Positions 46,401 through 52,353 of a stretch of 52,353 nucleotides of DNA are shown here, piece after piece. The translations under genes were made by a program, and so were the position numbers. Each line of letters begins with the position of its first letter. The stretch's first letter is position 1. The DNA is from Desulfobacterales bacterium (GTDB lineage Bacteria; Desulfobacterota; Desulfobacteria; Desulfobacterales; C00003060). The DNA lies in the NCBI GenBank assembly GCA_023129535.1, contig JAGMBW010000116.1:1-52353 (forward strand), written 5' to 3'. The notes under the pieces were generated by a model, which was not told the origin of the DNA, ran no database searches, and saw only the letters and a list, made by a program, of their open reading frames with translations.

Positions 46401-47165
46401 GACCAGTACTTTCGGCGGTTTAAAAGTTGATATAGCTGTCGAATCTTCGAGGATAATATCAGGAAGATAAAGAAAAAGCTTAATCCCTTTCAACCCGACC
46501 TCAGTGTAAATAATTCGATCTCTCAAGAAAAGTTCGTGAATTAGATAGGCCACATCCAGGAATATCCCTGATCCGGTGCCTCCTGCCGTTGAGCAAAAAA
46601 TAAGCACTTCAATATCGCGTTGCTCATGATCCAATGTAAACTGCCCATCGACGTTATCCCAGGCAGGATCAGGTGGGGCGTTAAGATCATGAAGGCGCCG
46701 GAACTTGTGCTGAAATGCCTCAACCAGATAGCGCTTCCTCCCCATCATTGCCAGCATGAACGCCAACTTACCAAATGCGCGAATCCCCGAAGCACCTTCT
46801 CTCAGCCTGACATGATCGAATCTCCTCAAGCGCGGATGAAACCATTTCAGGGCATCGACAACCTGGGGAACCACTTTCCCCTGATACAAATCTCTTAAAT
46901 CGTGTTCTTTCCAGGACAAATTGATGAACTCACCTTCTCCACCCGCTGTCACCGGAGAAAAGGAGACCTTTCGATCAATGGAGTCGTAAGTGGTTTTGTA
47001 CATCCTGGCACTTGGATCATTATCGGTGTCCAGAACAAGATATTCCAGAGCGGGAATTTTGATTAAACCGTAATTTTCATAAATTTTACGACGAAAAGCG
47101 CGGAGGGTTGCCTTGCCGAACCCGCCCAAGCCTACCATTAGTGTTTTTGGGATTGGAATTGCCAT
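43404..47165 (-). CDS. Giant tubulin/FtsZ-superfamily GTPase-like protein (1253 aa; N-terminal GTPase domain plus a ~850-aa unknown extension)
   Basis: T1-like LMVGLGGFGKATL (aa 9-21). Exact tubulin-signature-type T4 loop STAGGTGSG (aa 192-200). GASGIRAFGKLAF block. RBS GAGGT 6 nt upstream of the ATG. Confidence 0.75.
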   Translation of the reverse strand: MAIPIPKTLMVGLGGFGKATLRAFRRKIYENYGLIKIPALEYLVLDTDNDPSARMYKTTYDSIDRKVSFSPVTAGGEGEFINLSWKEHDLRDLYQGKVVPQVVDALKWFHPRLRRFDHVRLREGASGIRAFGKLAFMLAMMGRKRYLVEAFQHKFRRLHDLNAPPDPAWDNVDGQFTLDHEQRDIEVLIFCSTAGGTGSGIFLDVAYLIHELFLRDRIIYTEVGLKGIKLFLYLPDIILEDSTAISTFKPPKVLVDEDLSPQQLVMAGSYAALSELERYQLNQPSDFCFDRGFEKADFFVPDWSPYKEATGLIKEPNDIFNHTRAFDWAYLIGARNRGGNSLWGAEDATEMTADMVYTQFVEREQGKLINAYRQNKEMFTLPTEVFQSTDSISSRDYARHYGGFGLSKIFIGETLIQRWAAFYLMDQFITTILEKEALSSAEVADNAQKAWKQFGWGVQEIFQAFSNAMLQAVREDFQNLRTPESFFKKVSTGVNFESGTGCYGNEGLIDAALNKWRKKLNSETGVSVNKLLEYWIAEHGLKSTVAFIDALIEKAEGEKRLVNANTADDKSLPGDFTAECQEWVVSQSAKLDWMGLKNVPSTVQRWAACFAEPLRTLGYIDELNEIPINFANKVRGDLYRRFQECFLSEDCFDEWRDFIKTTSITKIRSALDEIARGLVIAIKKVLERVAQAQNEIVKLLENRGGMISARYRGAAPRTLERSLKDLLEREDGSNKEGIRIELADLSRFQHMRSRNIYCGASYQTPEALTNPLPSQMLMLETLKEGFGELLQDGTYKSLNCVWDISRAGSFREGTGQWTAILIDRGVTELEIEPTLKDYYKKLGSEKESKFRTDIKHCLSTSDSYLTYRSDRFGKAKSTIKKQWVFAPFDILDLSQKVIKEMGIEAEPSGYQGKELIILTIDDGVPLLILDIVKNLKEQHKVFSWKEAVWTRGEDTRELLALENGVDVETELFLGILLGAIWFDRATGDYKMVLERKGLEGVPQMVSLGQSVSQIISFFYGPVSDNYTQPFQRLREKNQDLLNSTTTLRKIWPLVIYYENYYFKDQMQEKVEKQSSHYFIIKELQDRRKVAIKHMVLTSEEIQALNQDSDTLCSWMHAFCEIVPSLASADKTRPDRDWFPVLMRCWNSDHSKFALSWHNSVFSPPEERGAEKYGNQLYRYLMDAKNASTERKTQEGWDESKPWKIPEYILELAWEGQREAETAELPKKATPGSDNDISENSEKENKSESMGTWE

Positions 47166-47223
47166 TTTTCTACCTCAATTATTTAATTTCATTGCCAATG
47201 CTTTGGTATCGGGCATCAATGAT

Positions 47224-47580
47224 TTAACCGCCCAAAAGCCAAAACGCCATATAAGTGACACCGAGAGCGATGATGAAAGATATTATGCCCGAAACGACTC
47301 TAGGTCCCTGTCCCCATGAACTCTCATAAGCCGCTTTGGGGCCCAAGGTGCCTTGTCTAACCACCCTGGTAAATCTCATGGTCCTCACTCGAAAACAGAT
47401 ATAAAAAGCAAACAAGCCCAAAAGAACACCGACGACTATGGCGACTGTCAAGTTGACAGGGCTCGGGTTGCTGAAGTCTACCACGGCTTCCACGATGCCG
47501 GCGCATGCTAAGAAAAATGTAAGGAAGCTGCCTATACCGACTGCCCAACTCATGCTAGATGGTGCATTGTTAAAATTCAT
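47224..47580 (-). CDS. Small three-TM membrane protein
   Basis: ATG 47580 overlaps the upstream stop (ATGA coupling). Hydrophobic helices WAVGIGSFLTFFLACAGIV, LTVAIVVGVLLGLFAFYICF and VVSGIISFIIALGVTYMAFWLL. Confidence 0.6.
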   Translation of the reverse strand: MNFNNAPSSMSWAVGIGSFLTFFLACAGIVEAVVDFSNPSPVNLTVAIVVGVLLGLFAFYICFRVRTMRFTRVVRQGTLGPKAAYESSWGQGPRVVSGIISFIIALGVTYMAFWLLGG

Positions 47581-48953
47581 GAGACACACTCCATTTGAAA
47601 ATTATCGTTGGTGTTAAGTTCCGCCTCTATTCTTCTTAAGAAAAATATTTTCCCCCTGGAAATGACCGGCTGAGAGCAAATTTTCCCGGCTTTATTCTGA
47701 ACTTTTCCAGAACGGGAATTAATAAAAGTTTCGCGAATATTGCTTGCTTCAATATCGTAACGGACAAGGTCTCGACAGGTATCTTCGATTGTCCACAAGC
47801 TATTGTTAAGCGATGTAAAGGGTACGATTCGATCCACCTTGACCGGGGTTAAATAGTGCCCCATGCGCTTACCGGACGTCTTAATCGCGCCGAACTGATT
47901 GCTGCCGTCTATAAATAAAAGACAATTCTCACCCTGGCTGTTTATTACAGCGGTCAGGGGACCTGACTGTCCCAGTTGAACATCCCTGGTCCAATATCGG
48001 AGACGCTCTTTGAGTGGTTTGTCGCTGTTATGTTTAATCTCCAGAATGTCGAAAATATCGCCTACCTTACTCGCATTACAGACCCACAAATATATGCTGT
48101 TCGGGGTGCGCGTCTGGTAAAACTGGGCGGGTCCAATGAGTTTCAATCCTGAAACGGGAAAAAGGATTTCTTTTACTGATTGCCCTTGCGACCCGATTGT
48201 TAAAAGCCTTGCCTTTGGACCGGAATCAGACCCTTTGTAAGCGATAAAAACAGAGTAACTTTCTTCTGTCGCTATTATAAAAGGCTCTGAAACTATGAAA
48301 GCCTTGGCTAATGACAGATTATTCTTAATAAAACGTGATGCTTCGATTTCCCATCCATCCCAGACCGGATCCGCATTGTCTATACTTTTGTTATAAACAA
48401 GATCAAACTCCCTAAATTCAATAAAATTACCGTTTCGGATAATAAGCGGAACCCTAATTCCCGACCTTTTTTTATCGTTCCTTAAAGGTAAAACGCACGG
48501 TAGGCGAAAACATTCTTCATCATCGTTTTGGGCCTCCCAAAGTGTTAGATATTTTTGAAGAAAGCCGTTAAAAATGATTACGGCTCTTTGCCAAATCAAC
48601 AAAGCCCACGGAGACGATTGTAAATTCGTAATAATGCCGAGCAGCGGCCCCATGTTGATGTTGAACAAAATTCGGGATGTGTGTGTAACGCTTTCATCGA
48701 AATCAGGGTTGATGTTAAAATAACAGTACTGTCCGGAAGAACTCAAAAAGAAAGGATTGGATGCCACCTCCGCCCCTAAAATCCGCTCTACGTCTTTAAC
48801 AGGCCATTGTAATTCGGCGGAGCTTTTAGAAAATTTACTTGTCGGCGGCCCCCATTCAGTGAGATCAAGCTTCTGCCCACAGTGCACACAATATCGGCTG
48901 CTGTTTTTGTTTTGATGGCCGCATTGGCATTTTAGTTTGTAATTTATATACAT
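47577..48953 (-). CDS. Zinc-ribbon protein with a beta-rich (propeller-like?) body
   Basis: CQCGHQNKNSSRYCVHCG at the N-terminus. RBS TGGAGG. The rest is not recognised. Confidence 0.6.
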   Translation of the reverse strand: MYINYKLKCQCGHQNKNSSRYCVHCGQKLDLTEWGPPTSKFSKSSAELQWPVKDVERILGAEVASNPFFLSSSGQYCYFNINPDFDESVTHTSRILFNINMGPLLGIITNLQSSPWALLIWQRAVIIFNGFLQKYLTLWEAQNDDEECFRLPCVLPLRNDKKRSGIRVPLIIRNGNFIEFREFDLVYNKSIDNADPVWDGWEIEASRFIKNNLSLAKAFIVSEPFIIATEESYSVFIAYKGSDSGPKARLLTIGSQGQSVKEILFPVSGLKLIGPAQFYQTRTPNSIYLWVCNASKVGDIFDILEIKHNSDKPLKERLRYWTRDVQLGQSGPLTAVINSQGENCLLFIDGSNQFGAIKTSGKRMGHYLTPVKVDRIVPFTSLNNSLWTIEDTCRDLVRYDIEASNIRETFINSRSGKVQNKAGKICSQPVISRGKIFFLRRIEAELNTNDNFQMECVS

Positions 48954-48988
48954 GAACGACGGCCTCCAGTCGTAAAAGCGTACAGTTA

Positions 48989-51253
48989 TTAAGGCCTTAA
49001 TTTTATCCGGTAGTAAAGAAAAGGCACCTCGAAATCTTTGCTTATGCTTTTGGATTCCAGTTCAACAAGTATCTTCCCAGCCTCCTTTTTAGAACCAATA
49101 AACGGCTTTTGATCTTCATCGACAATCAAAGTAACGTTCGGATTGGCGAGGAATTGTGAAATGCGGCATGTCGGCTGGTTAGTTGCATTAAAAATTACAT
49201 CCTTGACCAGCCGCTTGGACGTACCGGGTTTCGGCAGACAAACCACTTTTATAGTCTGTCCCATAATTTCTTCTACATTTGTATTGATCATTGACTTAAC
49301 CGCAAACCCTCTATCGAAAAGCCCTCTGTCGTTGGTTGTAACGTCCTCGCCCCTGGATATAAACCGTAGCGGCGTCTTCTCACTGGCCCCAAGTTTTTCA
49401 CCTGTTTGGTTATGGGCAATTTCCCATTCAAGCTTCGGAGATACCATGTGAAGCCGAATCTGATGGCTGAGTTTCGAGGATGACTTGCCATCATATTGGA
49501 TAACACCATTTTTAACACTCACCAGGAGGTTAACAGTTCTATCTCCATAAGTAGTTGCCTTTATTTTATAATTCAACCACTTCGGACTTGCAATGGTTGT
49601 TTTGACAATGCCACCGTTCATAGGAATTTCGAATCCGGAATCAAAAGAATCCGTGATGGTGAACTTTACATCCTTACATTTTTCGCCCTTGCATCCTTTT
49701 AGCAAAAACTCGGTATTAAGGGAAAGTCCTGTTGCAACGGGCTCTATTAATACTGCATCCTGAATTTCATGCGAATAACCTGTTAATGGTATTTGGATGT
49801 CACCCGCCTTAAAACTAATTGCCACGGAAGGTGGCAGGGTTTGAACATTAAGAGGTATTTCCGCTTTTGCCGATGTCCCCTGGATGCGAAAAGCAATCTT
49901 CTGGTTTTGGATTGTTTTTATTTTATCCATCCGAAAGACAATTGTTCGGCTCAGAAGATCACTCAATCGGAAGGGTATTTCTATAGGATCTTTCCCGCCA
50001 GGTATAGTAAAATAGCCGATGGAATTGCCGCTCCTGGGTCTTTCTTCCAATATAACCGTCTTGCCGACCGCACCATAATTCCAAGCAAGCTCGATGGGTT
50101 CTATGATAGTTGACCCTTCGAACAAACCTTTACGAAAATATTTTTTGCCGACCGGATAATTTTTGATATAAAGAAAAGCAGCGCTCGCAAAATAAAAAGA
50201 TGTCTTTGTTGCCTGGGGCAAAAAGGCTTTTTGTAGGTCTGCAACCTTTAGTGGATCTAATTCAGGCTCAAAATATATTAAATGGGGTTGATTAAAAAAG
50301 ACATCATCCATCTGCTCCAACCGCTCTTTTGCATTCCTGAAACTGATTTTTACATTTTTTATATCAAATTTGCCGGTTATCCGATCTGCATATTGGGTGA
50401 GATCAAATTCATCCATACCATTTATTAAAATATTCGATCCGGGAATATCCTTGCAGGACGCCCTCACTTTCATCGTAATATTTTTGGAAAGCAGCCGGGG
50501 AGCAATCAAACCGCGTATTCGGGTATCGCCATCACTCATCTCAACAATCTTCCCCTCCCGATCTTTTAAGGTTACAACGAAAGGATCAGGAGGGTGTATA
50601 AGCGCCCTTAAAGGCACTTTGTTTATCGGAGTGGGGATAACGCCTGGCAAGGACAGGATGCTAAGGACCTCTTCTGGAGTGATGACCTTATATTCATCCC
50701 CTTTGTCTGTAACGGCACTCCATGTATAGCAGTATAAGGTCCACTCAACATTTTTAAGATCAACTTTCAGATAGGTGTTCAGTCTTTGTACAGCATCTTT
50801 AAGTGAAATCTTGCCTGGTGATGTCTCTTGTAAATCACTGAATAAGTGCACCTCTACAGATTTTAATCCGCCTCCAATGATTTGCTGTATTACTTCATCA
50901 AGCCGATCTCCGATAGTTGTCAGCCCGCCGGGCTTGTATGGTTGTAACAACTCCCTCGCTTTTTCTATACTAATGATTTCCTGGGAGAAACTGGTTTTGA
51001 GCCGACTGTCAAATAAAATGATGGTAACCCTTCTCCTCCCCGGCTCCGGAGGAATATTATTTAAAAGGTCATATATTCTTTCCTTTGCCACCTCAAAAAC
51101 CGGCTTTTTGCTTTCCTGCTCCCTTGCCCACATCGATGCGGATTTGTCCAGCAGGATGAACAGATGCTCACTGGCAAATGCAGAATATCCTGCCCCCATA
51201 AAAAATGTTAAAAATATAAGGAAAAGAATAATTTTGTAGCAGTATTTTTTCAT
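48989..51253 (-). CDS. Secreted/anchored von Willebrand factor A (vWA) domain protein with a long beta-rich C-terminal region
   Basis: Signal/TM IILFLIFLTFFMGAGYSAFA. MIDAS-type LFILLDKSASM, later GGLTTIG and HLFSDLQET. ATG 51253 follows AGGTGG. Confidence 0.75.
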   Translation of the reverse strand: MKKYCYKIILFLIFLTFFMGAGYSAFASEHLFILLDKSASMWAREQESKKPVFEVAKERIYDLLNNIPPEPGRRRVTIILFDSRLKTSFSQEIISIEKARELLQPYKPGGLTTIGDRLDEVIQQIIGGGLKSVEVHLFSDLQETSPGKISLKDAVQRLNTYLKVDLKNVEWTLYCYTWSAVTDKGDEYKVITPEEVLSILSLPGVIPTPINKVPLRALIHPPDPFVVTLKDREGKIVEMSDGDTRIRGLIAPRLLSKNITMKVRASCKDIPGSNILINGMDEFDLTQYADRITGKFDIKNVKISFRNAKERLEQMDDVFFNQPHLIYFEPELDPLKVADLQKAFLPQATKTSFYFASAAFLYIKNYPVGKKYFRKGLFEGSTIIEPIELAWNYGAVGKTVILEERPRSGNSIGYFTIPGGKDPIEIPFRLSDLLSRTIVFRMDKIKTIQNQKIAFRIQGTSAKAEIPLNVQTLPPSVAISFKAGDIQIPLTGYSHEIQDAVLIEPVATGLSLNTEFLLKGCKGEKCKDVKFTITDSFDSGFEIPMNGGIVKTTIASPKWLNYKIKATTYGDRTVNLLVSVKNGVIQYDGKSSSKLSHQIRLHMVSPKLEWEIAHNQTGEKLGASEKTPLRFISRGEDVTTNDRGLFDRGFAVKSMINTNVEEIMGQTIKVVCLPKPGTSKRLVKDVIFNATNQPTCRISQFLANPNVTLIVDEDQKPFIGSKKEAGKILVELESKSISKDFEVPFLYYRIKLRP

Positions 51254-51335
51254 ATTCACACCCACCTACTATGCGACAAATGTTGACGGTGTCTGTCCCC
51301 CCAACAAGTAACCAAATATTGTATTAGTCATAAAA

Positions 51336-51364
51336 AAAATAAAGGAATATCTGTTGATTGTCAA
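51336..51364 (-). promoter_or_regulatory. Candidate sigma70-type promoter for the minus-strand array
   Basis: The minus strand reads TTGACA-17 nt-TATTTT within an AT-rich leader, ~85 nt upstream of the vWA start. Confidence 0.3.
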
Positions 51365-52261
51365 TAAAATAGATAATGGACTGAAATTCCTATATAAGGA
51401 TTAAACAAAGAAATTCTGATCCCCTGAAAATATTTTTAAATTTTTGCCTACCAATTGTCAGCAGGCGGCATGCCGGTGTATTTGGTATAAATTTGTGTCA
51501 AGGTTTGTAAGCTCTTCTTTCATTGTATTTTCAGCCCATTAAGAGGATTACGCATTACCGTCCTACGTGAAGACCAATCGCTGGATTCAAAACGAAAAAG
51601 GCCTTTCAGAATCTATTGTTCCAAAAGGCACTTTAAAGAGGTTTCCATTTTTAGTCTTCCTAATCTAACAACTTAAAATCACATAGAAAAAGCGAATTGG
51701 TTTAGCAAAGAAACTTAACGATATCGAAGCTGCGCATAGTCCCGGATGATCCCAGTGGACATTCCAGAACAGGATAAGAAATTTGAGGCCCATTTATTCC
51801 ATCCAAGATTTATACAGTCTATTATCGAATACATTGATGATGGTAGGACCTTTTTTTGTCTTTAACACTTAATTGCCCAGTTTTCAAGGAATTTGTGCTG
51901 CCAAATCGCAGATATTCTCCTCAAATGCCAAGGCGAAATGTCCCCATGAGACGGGGGACCATATTGCTGAGTGAAGGCCAGTTACAGCCGTGGCATTTAA
52001 TGGGCCTGGTAAAGGTTAAGTGACATTACTCTGAAGTAGGGGGGAGGAATGAAAACACAGGGAATTTCGGGTTGTAACCACCTGACTCCCATGATAAAAA
52101 ATTTATGATTCTTAATCGTGGAGGCCGAAGAGATGACCGTATTTGAGTTGGCGCGGCACAACAGCCAGACCCTGTCATAAGGCCCTGGTAACTTTGGGAA
52201 ACCACGTGGATGATATTGACCTCAAGCTAGAATCCTGATAATCTGTGTTTACTTGCCCGCC

Positions 52262-52341
52262 ACCCGCCTGCCAACGCCTGAAACAGCATTGAGCTTATGT
52301 GCCGGCACCCGCCTGCCGTCGCCACGTACACCGGGCAGGTC
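52262..52341 (+). repeat. Two further copies of the ACCCGCCTGCC repeat family
   Basis: ACCCGCCTGCCAACGCC (52262-) and ACCCGCCTGCCGTCGCCACGTACACCGGGCAGGTC (52307-52341). The latter is collinear with 17717-17752. Confidence 0.6.
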
Positions 52342-52353
52342 AAATGCTAGCAT

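Overview
By-eye analysis; no searches or folding were run. The window splits in two.

(1) 1-17.4 kb is an ordinary chromosomal housekeeping block. It carries:
- a cobalamin riboswitch pointing off the left edge
- metE, pcm, a YqaA-like membrane protein and a LysR regulator
- the rsmD-coaD pair
- a DUF4390 / NtrY-like kinase / sigma54 response-regulator operon
- lpxC, comM/yifB and an AAA_14/DUF4143 ATPase

Almost every intergenic spacer in this block holds a long imperfect hairpin built from short tandem 'words'. Gene content loosely suggests a Desulfobacterota-type deltaproteobacterium (low confidence).

(2) 17.4-52.35 kb is accessory. It contains:
- a decayed phosphoribosyltransferase gene end
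- a RelE/ParE-type toxin-antitoxin cassette flanked by diverged copies of that gene end
- an AT-rich patch with an SLT fragment and a zinc-ribbon membrane protein
- a run of secreted proteins (DUF1598-like, LRAT/NlpC-P60-like)
- a ~25.6-kb array in which every CDS call is on the minus strand (25622-51265)

In transcription order, that array encodes:
- a vWA protein
- a Zn-ribbon protein
- a small membrane protein
- a 1253-aa tubulin/FtsZ-like GTPase
- a Zn-ribbon ORF
- a Ser/Thr-kinase-like::Hsp70-NBD fusion
- an unknown partner
- a peptidoglycan-binding membrane protein
- two tandem GrpE-like paralogs
- a CBM48/Ig-like protein
- a MotA-like protein with a long helical tail plus a MotB/OmpA partner (ZorAB-like)
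- an MCE lipoprotein
- a secreted SNase-ComEA nuclease

Its only interruptions are an opposite-strand IS200/IS605 insertion and a 143-bp MITE-like element. This array is my best candidate for an undescribed NTP-dependent, envelope-associated system. I saw no rRNA, tRNA or CRISPR array.
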